Below, piece after piece: positions 1 to 9,953 of a stretch of DNA of 64,000 nucleotides (position 1 is its first letter; each line of letters starts with the position of its first letter). The translations under genes and the position numbers were made by a program. Source of the stretch: Octopus sinensis (taxonomy: Eukaryota); NCBI RefSeq assembly GCF_006345805.1, contig NC_043014.1:50282001-50346000 (forward strand), given 5' to 3'. The notes under the pieces are model-generated. The model did not search any database. It had not been told where the DNA came from and worked only from the letters and a program-made list of their open reading frames with translations.

Positions 1-2
1 TA

Positions 3-80
3 AAGGCAGTGCTGGCAAAGTGGGAGCATGCTTCTGAATTTGTAGAAAAATATCATCCTGGAAAAGTAACTATTGGGTTG
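3..80 (+). mobile_element. Tigger/pogo transposase C-terminal fragment
   Basis: Frame 3 reads KAVLAKWEHASEFVEKYHPGKV, resembling the W-x3-F-x-EK-x-HP-x-K segment near the C-terminus of Tigger/TIGD-like transposases. Confidence 0.55.
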
Positions 81-239
81 TCCGGATAGCTCGTGCTGAT
101 TTTTAAGGAAAGAAAAAGGTCAGGAAATACTTGCCATTACATTTTTAATCAGCCAAATATGAACCATTTTGTTGCACAATGCGTCTCCATCTTTCCTTTG
201 ACTTGAAAATACTCGCTTCTCAGAATTGAGGTGGTTTCA

Positions 240-450
240 TGGCAAAGAATTCATCAAGGTATGTTTTTGCGTTATCCAAGGAATTGAAATTTTTAGCATT
301 AAGACTCATCTGCAGAGAAATTCGAAGGAGACCACCACCTGGGAGAAAGCACGAGCACTGTATGGGGAAGCAGAACCCTGGAACATCGACGGAGAAGACA
401 TTAGCAGACGCATTTAAGGCCAGTCGCGGTTGGTTTGATAATTTCAAGAA
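240..450 (+). mobile_element. Tigger/pogo transposase remnant, CENP-B-type HTH region (frameshifted)
   Basis: WEKARALYG followed, after a frameshift, by LADAFKASRGWFDNFKKRTG, the hallmark FxASxGWFxxFKxR motif of pogo/Tigger CENP-B HTH domains. Confidence 0.75.
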
Positions 451-759
451 GAGGACTGGAAATCCGAAGGAGCAATATCTGGTGAAAATGGAGGGTGGGG
501 AAACACATCCCAGCCGATCTGCAGCAATTTTTGTCTGGTTCCCAAAGCATCAAGTGCCGAAAATAAACTTTCTTATCTTCCATTTTAAATGGTTACAGAA
601 TTAACACAGGTTATAGGAACATAAACCTTCTTCCAGGAAAAGATAGCATAAACTGTGCTCTAAATGGAGGTGTAGTCAAATCCTATTTTATGGACTCAAC
701 CATGTTCTAAAATAAGTCGAAAGGTAAGCTACTATAAATCGGCATGAACTTTCCGGACA

Positions 760-1020
760 ACCCAATACAAGTCGTGCTGCTGCTTTATTTAATAACACTT
801 CTCTGGTGCATTTTCGTAAGATTTTGAAAGGCAGAAAAAAGCAGACTTCTCTTGATATGCATCTAATGAAACGACCTGCAAACGTAAAAAATGAAGAAAA
901 TGTGTCCAAAAAGCTTAGATTAAGCGAATTAAGAAAGAAAACGCCAGAAATTGTCCTCCTTCCAGACAGTAATTCTCCTCCCCGCTTTATCGTCTTCCTC
1001 GCGCACAAATCGTCCCATCT
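760..1020 (+). mobile_element. Tigger/pogo transposase C-terminal remnant
   Basis: Reads RAAALFNNTSLVHFRKILKGRKKQTSLDMHLMKRP, matching the HFRxILKGRxKQTSLD C-terminus of TIGD1-like transposases. Confidence 0.7.
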
Positions 1021-1034
1021 TAAAGGTAATTCAA

Positions 1035-1049
1035 TTAATAATAATAATG

Positions 1050-1086
<37 letters not shown>

Positions 1087-1098
1087 TAATAATAATAA
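1035..1098. repeat. (AAT)n microsatellite flanking the R4/Dong insertion
   Basis: Direct reading: aataataataatgataataat... Confidence 0.95.
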
Positions 1099-1533
1099 GA
1101 CATGAGTATTCCCTGTGATCACAATATAGCGGCGAAAGAATTTGACAAGATTAGTAAATATAAAGACCTGCTAATGGAAATTGAAAAAATGTGGCATCTC
1201 AGGGCGACTACAGTACCAGTGATTGTAGGATCTCTAGGAATGATAAAAAAAAAGGTACTGAAACCTATTTGAAAATGATTCCAGGCTTACCATCCCTACA
1301 GGAAGTGCAAAAAATCGTATTAACTGGAACGGCTCATGTACTGAGAAGAGCACTATCGCTGTGAAAATAACGTCCATCCATGAATTTATTTATTTATTAA
1401 TTTTTAAATACATATTTTATCTGTGAATTTGCGCGTGTAATCTGGGAATGCATACAATGCCCTTCTCTGCCATAGGTGTATGGAAAACACTCGGCGAGAA
1501 AAGGAAGAAAATTTGAAGAAAGAAGGAAAAAAC

Positions 1534-1566
<33 letters not shown>

Positions 1567-1570
1567 TAAG
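1099..1570 (+). mobile_element. 5'-truncated R4/Dong-clade non-LTR retrotransposon 3' end (restriction-like endonuclease domain, 3'UTR, (AAT)n tail)
   Basis: 1099-1364 translates DMSIPCDHNIAAKEFDKISKYKDLLMEIEKMWHLRATTVPVIVGSLGMIKK, then after a frameshift in an A-run GTETYLKMIPGLPSLQEVQKIVLTGTAHVLRRALSL*. It is bounded by (AAT)n on both sides. Confidence 0.8.
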
Positions 1571-1885
1571 GAGGAAGTCAACTTCTGAAACCACTTCTTA
1601 AACTCAAGATGTTCCTGTGGTGTTTGAATTTGTTTTGTGTTGATAAAATGTTGCCCAACATTGAACTCGCTTTCCAGAGCAATCAGTTACAAAAATCGAC
1701 ACTTATTGTAACGGTCTGGAACCGACTACACTTCCGGTCACTCGTTTACCTTCTCCCGAAAGGAAGTTCTAGGGGAGAACAAGGTAAGAGTAGAACTGGG
1801 AACAATGGTGTGAAGAGATGGTTATGCACACTTCGAAACCCGGAAACTCCTGTATCAAAGCTCCACTACCGGATGCAATCGAAAG

Positions 1886-1893
1886 CCATATTG

Positions 1894-1929
<36 letters not shown>

Positions 1930-1970
1930 CACACACACACACCACACACACACACACACACACACGCACA
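1886..1970. repeat. (CA)n microsatellite
   Basis: Direct reading. Confidence 0.95.
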
Positions 1971-2081
1971 CATTCGTACACACATTTATGAAAATCGAGA
2001 TAAACATTTCTGAACACTTAAAAATACACCTTTCTGAAAACTGTTGCGAATAGGCGCCCTTTTCGCCTCTTGTTGCGTATA

Positions 2082-2240
2082 GTGGTTGTGTGATAAGAAG
2101 CTTGCTTTCAAACCACATGGTCATGCGTTCAGTTCCACAGCGTGGCACCTTGGGCAAGTGTCTTCTACTATAGCCTCGGGCCGACCAAAGCCTTATGAGT
2201 GGATTTGGTAGACGGAAACCGGAAACTGAAAGAAGCCTGT

Positions 2241-2245
<5 letters not shown>
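2082..2245 (+). mobile_element. SINE-A 5' half (tRNA head plus CORE-like core)
   Basis: gtggttgtgtgataagaagcttgc...gcgtggcaccttgggcaagtgtcttctactatagcctcgggccgacc, same as the full copies. Confidence 0.8.
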
Positions 2246-2281
<36 letters not shown>

Positions 2282-2311
2282 GTGTTGTGTGTCTGTGTCT
2301 GTATATATATA

Positions 2312-2497
2312 GGCGCAGGAGTGGCTGTGTGGTAAGTAGCTTGCTGGCCAACCACATGGTTCTGGGTTCAGTCCCACTGCGTGGCATCTTGGGCAAGTGT
2401 CTTCTGCTATAGCCCCGGGCCGACCAGTGCCTTGTGGGTGGATTTGGTGGACGGAGACTGAAAGAAGCCTGTCGTATATATGTATATATAGAATATA

Positions 2498-2552
<55 letters not shown>

Positions 2553-2780
2553 TGTGTGTGTGTTTGTGTGTCTGTGTTTGCCCCCCTGGCGTTGCTTGAC
2601 AGCCGATGCTGGTGTGTTTGCGTCCCCGTTACTTGGCGGTTCGGCAAAAGAGACCGATAGAATAAGTACTGGGCTTACAAGGAGTGAGTCCCGGGGTCGA
2701 TTTGCTCGACTAAAAGGCGGTGCTCCAGCATGGCCACAGTCAAATGACTGAAACAAGTAAAAGAGTAAAAGAGTAAAGAG
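2312..2780 (+). mobile_element. SINE-A, full length (tRNA-derived, internal TA/TG microsatellite, RTE-like 3' tail)
   Basis: Head ggcgcaggagtggctgtgtggtaagtagc with B-box-like gggttcagtccc; core gtggcatcttgggcaagtgtctt; tail gcggtgctccagcatggccacagtcaaatgactgaaacaagtaaaaga. About 20 related copies in the window. Confidence 0.9.
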
Positions 2781-2812
<32 letters not shown>

Positions 2813-2815
<3 letters not shown>

Positions 2816-3020
2816 CTTTGTTTGTCCCCCCCATCATCGCTTGACAACTGATGTTGGTGTGTTTACGTCCCTGTAAGTTGGCGGTTCGGCAAAAGCGATC
2901 GATAGGATAAGTACTAGGCTCACAAACAATAAGTCCTGGGGTCGGTCGATTTGTTCGACTAAAAGCGGTGCTCCAGCATGGCCGCGGTCAAATGACTGAA
3001 ACAAATAAAAGAATAAAAGA
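2813..3020 (+). mobile_element. SINE-A 3' half
   Basis: ttgtccccccatcatcgcttgacaac...gctccagcatggccgcggtcaaatgactgaaacaaataaaaga. Confidence 0.85.
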
Positions 3021-3200
3021 CTATATATATATATATAAAATTATAAAAGAGAGTTTGTATGTTTGTGTGCGCGCGCACGTCTGTGTGTGCGCGCGCGTGT
3101 GCGTGTGTGCGTGCGTATCTTCCTTATGCATTTCCAAAACCGTGTTGCCAATTTTGACGTATGGGGTGTCCAAAGATTCAGGACTATTTCCGCTACTAAC
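3021..3200 (+). mobile_element. Possible 5' end of a non-autonomous Helitron-like repeat
   Basis: ctatatatat...ataaaagagagtttgtatgtttg resembles the 5' end of the Helitron at 33664 (tctacatatatataaaaagagagtttctgtttgtttg). No 3' end found. Confidence 0.3.
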
Positions 3201-3411
3201 TAAACTTTATTTTCATTGACATATTTTTATTTTTATTTCCATTGCAAAAATTTTAAATTATAATCTTTTCTATAACTCAACTATCGTAAGCATTTTGTAC
3301 GACCACGACGACGATGATGTCACATTTTCTATATGAGTGTGTACCTTAAAAGACAGCCGTCATTACGATACACACCTTTACCCACTCACTCTATCTCTCT
3401 CGCACACACAT

Positions 3412-3449
<38 letters not shown>

Positions 3450-4806
3450 CCATTTCATATACACGTACATACATCTTATGTTTATGGAATGACCGAGTGA
3501 AACACAGAATGAGAAAAAAGACAGAGACACAAGAGAAAGAAAGAGAGACAGAAAACAAGCTTCTATAGAAGTTGAAAGGTGGATAGAGGGTGGGAGACAG
3601 ACGCTGATGTTTCATACCCTATGTATGCTCTATAGTTGAAAGTGAAAGAAAGCCAGCACAAAATTGATACTGTATGTTCTATATGTGAAGGTGAAAGAAA
3701 GCGGTATCAAATAGAGGGGGAAAGCGGGAGAGAAGAGGACGCCGAGAACCTCGGAAATGAGGTCGTGTCGCACAATTTTAAGGTCATTTTCACTTTCGCC
3801 CCATGTTTCGTGTGTGCGTAGAATTAGGCATTATCTTTCTCTTTCAATTTCTCATTATAATGTACGGAGATCTTCTGCTGTTAACCCTAACTTCACTACA
3901 TTTCCTTCTTTTGGAATTAAGAAAGATATGCAAAAATAACTTCCATTAGCACACACACAATTTGAGCTAAATTACAGCTCAAATCCTATGGAAATTACCT
4001 TTTCTTACTTTTGGAAGAAAGCAAGCGAATATGTGCGACAACACAGACAAACAAGAACAACAGGTGTCTTTCGACTAATAAGTACAAGTTAAATGGAGCT
4101 GGTGTGTAAAGTGGAAGCCTTAAGGCACAAATATAGGTGAAAATCAAGAGACAGGAAAATAAGGGCAGTGGTCAAGCCAAGAAAGAAAGATCATGCTTGG
4201 CCGAACATGCTTGGCCGAACACCGATCACGTAAGAGGAACAGAGAGAGGTCGGAGGCATAGGGATTGAAGAATTAGGGAAGGAAATAGAGAGATTAAAGA
4301 AAGAGAATGCCAAGAAATATGAGAGAGGAGGAGTGAGAAAAAGAAAAGAGGAAAGAAAGAAGAAAGTCGTACAGAATTTAGATACATACTTACAAGCTGA
4401 GCAAACGGTGTACTTACGCAGCTGTATGTATATATACAAAAACAATAAGAACGTAACGTACGACAATAAAAACATACAGACAGATAGACTATACAAAGAC
4501 TGTTCAAAATTGGTAGGCCCCGAAAATCTAAGCTAAGAACATTAAAGGATCTGTTCAGCTTGGCTCACAGATATTAAAATTTTTTTTTTAACTAAACAGT
4601 TTGAAACTTCGTATACTGGTGTCATTTCTCACGCAGAACACGGCTTACTTTGAACAATTTTGACAAAATTTCGTATTTTAGAAGTTATTTCGTGTTAAGG
4701 TCGTCGTATTTTAACCAATCAACGACATGTATTCAGTGGAAGAAAGCTACTACTGTTTGCGATAGTAATCGAAGAGGAACAACTTCCGGATCATTTCTAC
4801 TAAATG

Positions 4807-5247
4807 TCACTACTGAGCACTTTGTCCGGCGTGCCAATGTTTCTTATTTCTTTATTGCCCACAAGGGGCTAAACATAGAGGGGACAAGCAAGGACACAGA
4901 AAGGTATTAAGTTGGTTACATTGACCCCAGTATTTCGCTGGGACTTAATTTAACGACCCCGAAAGGATGAAAGTCGACCTCGGCAGAATTTGAACTCAGA
5001 ATGTGAAGAGCCTTTGCCCGGCGAGCCAATCATTCTTATTTCTTTATTGCCCACAAGGGGCTAAACACAGAGGGGACAAGCAAGGACAAACAAAGGCCCC
5101 AGTACGCAACTGGTATTTAATTTATCGATCCCGAAAGGATAGAAGGCAAAGTCGCCCACGGCGGAATTTGAACTCAGAACGTAAGGGCAGACGAAATACC
5201 GCTAAGCATTTCGCCCGGCGTACTAACGTGTCTGCCAGCTCGCCGCA
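4807..5247 (-). mobile_element. SINE-B head-to-tail stack (one full unit, one unit lacking the first ~17 nt, one head remnant)
   Basis: Minus strand ggcgagctggcag...cgttctgagttcaaattccgccg...gactttgccttc...atcctttcggg(g)tcgataaattaa. The unit start tctttattgcccacaaggggctaaac recurs at ~4849 and ~5041. Confidence 0.8.
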
Positions 5248-5335
5248 TAATGTATTAGTGTATGTGTGTGTGTGTGTGTTTTAAAGAGAGAAAGACAGAA
5301 AGAAAGTTAGAGAGAGAGTGTGTGTTAGAGAGGGT

Positions 5336-5373
<38 letters not shown>

Positions 5374-5998
5374 CTTGATTCTAAAGACCCAGTTCTTCAC
5401 TGGTTAGTTTACTTACGCACCAAGTAACTGTCGAAGCTCAGCCATCTTTTAGTTTAGCCCTCGACTTATCACAACACCAGTATCCCCCACCCCACCCACC
5501 TCATACCCACTACAGCCTTTTCTTTTTTAGTTTTATTTATCTATCAGACTCTCTTTATTGTTTAGTCTACGGAGTCAGCAGCGAGCGCGGAAAAAAAAAA
5601 ACGTTATCATGAAACAGGTTTGCCAAATGCCAACCAGCTCGACCTCTTAAAGGGGCGAAATGCACTAAGTAATGTTCCCTTTTCTACGTTTAAGCCAAAT
5701 AGAGCAGCAGTTTATGTTTTATCCTATTTAGGCTTCCATACCCATTCGATGCATATTAAAAAACAAAATCGTTTTGCATTTTTTATTATCAAATATTATT
5801 AGGAATTTAATCGTTCCCGCGTTTCAGTCATTTGACTGCGGCCCTGCTGGAGCGCCGCCTTCGGTCGAACAAATCGACTCCAGGACTTATTCTTTATAAG
5901 CTTGGTACTTATTCTCTCGGTCTCCATTGCCGAACCGCTAAGTTTCGAGAACTTAAAACTCACCTACATCGGTTGCCAAGCGATGGTGGGTGGGGGAG

Positions 5999-6197
5999 AC
6001 CTCGTGTGTACCGTTGGCGATTTTTTTCCCTCTGTTTTCCCTTCTCTGGATCTTTCCTTCTCCTATGTTTCCGACGAAGAGCTCCGCTCGAAACGTTAAA
6101 TCCTCCTTCTTTCCTTCTTTCCTGAGCGTCCAATAATACTATATTTGTTCCACGTTCTCGCGTTGTTGTGTTTTTTTGTGCTTTCTTGTTTGGATTA

Positions 6198-6205
<8 letters not shown>
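5999..6205 (+). mobile_element. Penelope-like element 3'/pLTR fragment
   Basis: Contains ccgacgaagagctccgctcgaaacgttaa (PLE-type hammerhead motif), ends in (TA)n, and is related to the fragment at 58515-58720. Confidence 0.55.
6067..6101 (+). ncRNA. Degenerate minimal hammerhead ribozyme motif (PLE-associated)
   Basis: CCGACGA (CUGANGA-like) + A + stem II GAGC/tcc/GCTC + GAAAC + GTT; short stem I gttt/aaat. One core substitution (U4 to C). Confidence 0.45.
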
Positions 6206-6239
<34 letters not shown>

Positions 6240-6978
6240 GAATCTACTAGAGTAGATGCAAGCGCATATATATGATTTATAAAAACACGTGACATATTAA
6301 TAAAAATCTGTAAATGTACAACCATCCAGATTTCCGAGTACCTTATTTTTTCTAACATATATAATACCTGTACATCACCTCCAAATCTAATATTTATATA
6401 TATATATATATATATACACGACGGGCTTCTTTTCAGTTTCTGTCAACAAAATCCACTCCCAAGGCTTTGGTCGGCTCGTGGCTATAGTACAAAACACTTG
6501 CCCAAGGTGCCACGCAGTGGGACTGAACCCGGGACCATGTGTTTGGGAAGCAAGTTACTTACCACACAGCCATTCCTGTGACTATAGCCAATCCTGCGCC
6601 TATAAGCAATTTATCGCACAGTAAAATTTTAACAGTAAAATCTTATATGGACCCCTCAAGGGCCATATGGACCACTGTTGAGAACCACTTCACTAGGGTG
6701 AGATTTCAAGAAGATTTAGCGATTAATGTGCAGTTTAGGAATTTAAAAAACAAAGAGATTTGAAGCGAAATGACCGGAAGTGACAACAATGAAATTCGAT
6801 AATTTGACGTAAATACCTTAACATGACCAGGAGTGGCTTTATGGTAAGTAGCTTGCTTACCAACCAATTAAACACACGCACTGTATATTTGGTCTTTACT
6901 TCAGTTTTATTATTATTTTAGTTTCCTTGTCAAAGTCCTTTCGCTACACATCTTGTGACCTCTCCAACAACTCTCTGC

Positions 6979-7660
6979 CCCACGTGTCTCCTCTATCCCA
7001 CATGTCTCCGCCATCCTATGTGTCTCCTTTATCCCACATGTATCTTCTATCCCACACTTCTGTATACCACATGTCTCCTTTATCTCACGTGTCTCCTCTA
7101 TCCCACATGTCTCCGCCATCCTATGTGTCTACTTTATCCCACATGTATCTTCTATCCCACACTTCTGTATACCACATGTCTCCTTTATCTCACGTGTCTC
7201 CTCTATTCCACATGTCTCCGCCATCCTATGTGTCTCCTTTATCCCACATGTATCTTCTATCCCACACTTCTGTATACCACATGTCTCCTTTATCTCACGT
7301 GTCTCCTCTATCCCACGTGTCTCCTCTATCCCACATGTCTCCTCTATCCCACGTATCTCCTGTCCCACATGTATCTTGTATCCCACATTTCTCCTCTATA
7401 CTACATGTTTCTTCTTTCCCACACCTCTCCTCTATCCCAAATGCCTCCTCTATCCCACATATCCCCTCTATCCCACGTGCCTCCTCTTTCCCACATGTAT
7501 CTTCTATCCCACATTTCTCCTCTATACTACATGTTTCTTCTATCCCACATGTCCCCTCTATCCCACGTATATCCTCTATCCCACATGTTTCCTCTATCCT
7601 ATGTATCTCCTGTATCCCACATGTATCCTCTATCCCACGTGTCTCCTGTATCCCACATGT
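6979..7660. repeat. Minisatellite: ~18-bp monomer cccacatgtctcctctat, organised as a 105-bp higher-order unit x3, then diverged monomers
   Basis: cccacatgtctccgccatcctatg starts at 6997, 7102 and 7207; a second block repeats at about 126-bp spacing (~7366 and ~7491). Confidence 0.9.
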
Positions 7661-7702
7661 AATCGTGTCTATATCGCTGGAGGAGATAACCATCCCTTAT
7701 CA

Positions 7703-8107
7703 CTGCCGGGACGCGAAATTTTTTTTTTTCCCACAAGAGTTCCGGACCCCAGTAATGAACTCATTTGCATACAGCCAATCAGAGCTCTCCTTGACCTTGT
7801 TGTCAAGTTAACAAAAGTGGCAGAAACCGGATTGGTGCTGGCAGAGCGTTGAAGGATTGTTTGGAAAGTGTGAAAGGAAAGGGGCCGTTCAGCTCCCAGA
7901 TTATGCCTAACAAGAACAACAAGCATTTTTAAAAGAAAAGAAGCATGGTTATTCCTTACCCAAGTGACCTTACCTTATTGCCCATCACTTGTTATGCACT
8001 CACAAATTAGTTTCATAGTTGAGCTCTGATTGGTTGTATGCAAAATGACTTCATAACTGGGGTCCGGAACTCTCGTGGTAAAAAAGAAAATTTAGCCGTC
8101 GTGACAG
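7703..8107. mobile_element. MITE-like element with ~85-bp imperfect terminal inverted repeats
   Basis: 7703-7787 (...gagttccggaccccagtaatgaactcatttgcatacagccaatcagagctc) is the reverse complement of 8021-8107 (gagctctgattggttgtatgcaaaatgacttcataactggggtccggaactc...). No clear TSD. Confidence 0.7.
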
Positions 8108-8284
8108 CCAGATCACGTCATTTCGGCTTTCTTTGGCCTTGCCAACAGCAGAAACCTGAAGTTAGAGAGAGCTGCGATTCCTCCATCAGCGATAGACGTG
8201 TAATCTCAGTGCCTAATCAGGCCTATCCGGAATCCATGGAGTTCATTTCTATCATGAAATGGCTATTTGGTTTATGAAAACAAG

Positions 8285-8575
8285 GCCACATGCTTCACAA
8301 CCATGTGGCCTTGAGTTCTGGCTCACAACGCGGCACCTTGGACAAATGTAGTTTTCTATAGCTCTGAGCCAACCAAAGTTTTGTCAGAGGATTTGGTAGA
8401 CAGAAACTGAAAGAATCCCGTCGTTTGTGTGAGTGGGCGTATTTATGCGTGTCTATATTTGTCTCCACCGCTTACAATCGGTGTTGGTTTATTTATGTCC
8501 ACGTAACTTAGCGGTTCGACAAAGAGAATGATAGAATAAGTACCAGGCTTTAAATAGATAAGTACTGGGGGGGGG
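8285..8575 (+). mobile_element. Older, diverged SINE-A-related copy
   Basis: Diverged core gcggcaccttggacaaatg...gatttggtagacagaaactgaaagaatcccgtcg and partial tail. Confidence 0.65.
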
Positions 8576-8651
8576 GCTATGTAAAAAGTAGTTAGGTTTC
8601 TTGTCAAAGAACAATGAACAGAAATAAATACAAAATAAATAACCAATGTTA

Positions 8652-9047
8652 GGCGCAGGAGTGGCTGTGTGGTAAGTAGCTTGCTTGCCAACCACATTGT
8701 TCCGGGTTCAGTCCCACTGCGTGGCACCTTGGGCAAGTGTCTTCTGCTATAGCCTCGGGCCGACCAAAGCCTTGTAAGTGGATTTGGTAGACGGAAACTG
8801 AAAGAAGCCCGTCGTATATATGCATATATATGTATGTGCGTGTATGTTTGTGTGTCTGTGTTTGTCTCCCTAGCATTGCTTGACAACCGATGCTGGTGTG
8901 TTTATGTCCCCGTCACATAGCGGTTCGGCAAAAGAGACCAATAGAATAAGTACTGGGCTTACAAAGAATAAGTCCCGAGGTCGAGTTACTCGATTGAAGG
9001 CGGTGCTCCAGCATGGCCGCAGTCAAATGACTGAAACAAGTAAAAAA
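8652..9047 (+). mobile_element. SINE-A, full length
   Basis: Complete head, core and tail. Confidence 0.9.
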
Positions 9048-9059
9048 AATGTGTGTGTG

Positions 9060-9250
9060 TGTCAGCGTTTGACAATTGGCGTTGGTTTGCTTATGTCCTC
9101 TGTAAGACAGACGTTCGACAAAACAGAAAAAAGAAACGAGAGAGAGAGGGGATCGATAGTACTTGGAATCATATCTAATCGACTAAAACCTGGGCAGTGA
9201 AACTAGCATGGCCGCAGTCCAATAACCGAAACAAGTAGAAGAATAAAAAC
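9060..9250 (+). mobile_element. Diverged SINE-A 3' half
   Basis: gcgtttgacaattggcgttggtttgc...agcatggccgcagtccaataaccgaaacaagtagaaga. Confidence 0.6.
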
Positions 9251-9254
9251 AGAC

Positions 9255-9278
9255 TAGATAGATAGCTAGATAGATAGC

Positions 9279-9362
<84 letters not shown>
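9255..9362. repeat. (GATA)n microsatellite
   Basis: Direct reading. Confidence 0.95.
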
Positions 9363-9459
9363 AAAAAGTTGCAGACAATTTGGACGATGGTGAAAGAGAT
9401 TGAATAGAGGACTTTGATAGATGAGTGTGACAGGAAATTTAACCCCCTACACACTTCTT

Positions 9460-9860
9460 TTTCCTCTTCGTCATTATCTTTTTGCTCCTCTTCTTCGCCT
9501 CGTTCTTCTTCTTTTCTTCTTCTTCTTTTCTTTTTCTTTTTCTCTTTCTTCTTCTTCTTCTTTTCTTTTTCTTTTTCTCTTTCTTCTTCTTCTTCTTTTC
9601 TTTTTCTTTTTCTCTTTCTTTTTCTTTTTCTCTTTCTCTTTCTCTTTTTCTTTTTCTTTTTCTTCTTCTTCTTCGTCTTCTTCTTTTCCTTCTTTTCCTT
9701 CTTCTTCTTCCTCTTCTTCTTTTCCTTCTTATCCTTCTTCTTTCTCGTTTCCCTCTTCCCCCCTCTCTTCGCCTCTTCTCTTCCACATCTTCTCTTCCTC
9801 ATCTCCCCTCCTCCGCCTCTACCAGCCCCGCCCTCCTCTTCCTCCTCTTCTTGAAGATGA
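9460..9860. repeat. Long polypyrimidine low-complexity tract ((CTT)n/(CTTTT)n)
   Basis: About 400 bp almost only C/T on the + strand. Confidence 0.9.
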
Positions 9861-9921
9861 TTCGTCGTCAATAGCAACGGCATCAGCAGAATTTACAACG
9901 CTGGCAAACAGCAGCAGCAGC

Positions 9922-9953
<32 letters not shown>

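Larger units (their letters stand above)
5821..6600 (-). mobile_element. SINE-A interrupted in its internal microsatellite by a Penelope-like fragment
   Basis: 3' half at 5821-5998 and 5' half at ~6417-6600, both minus strand, separated by foreign sequence and (TA)n. Confidence 0.8.

Noticed and set aside
1678-1783. AG...GTAAGA-bounded possible exon with nearby ETS-like motifs
   Set aside because: The open frame (SNQLQKSTLIVTVWNRLHF...) is unrecognisable and nothing independent supports it.
2312-2400. SINE heads as genuine tRNA genes
   Set aside because: No complete cloverleaf; they continue into the SINE core and occur in many copies.
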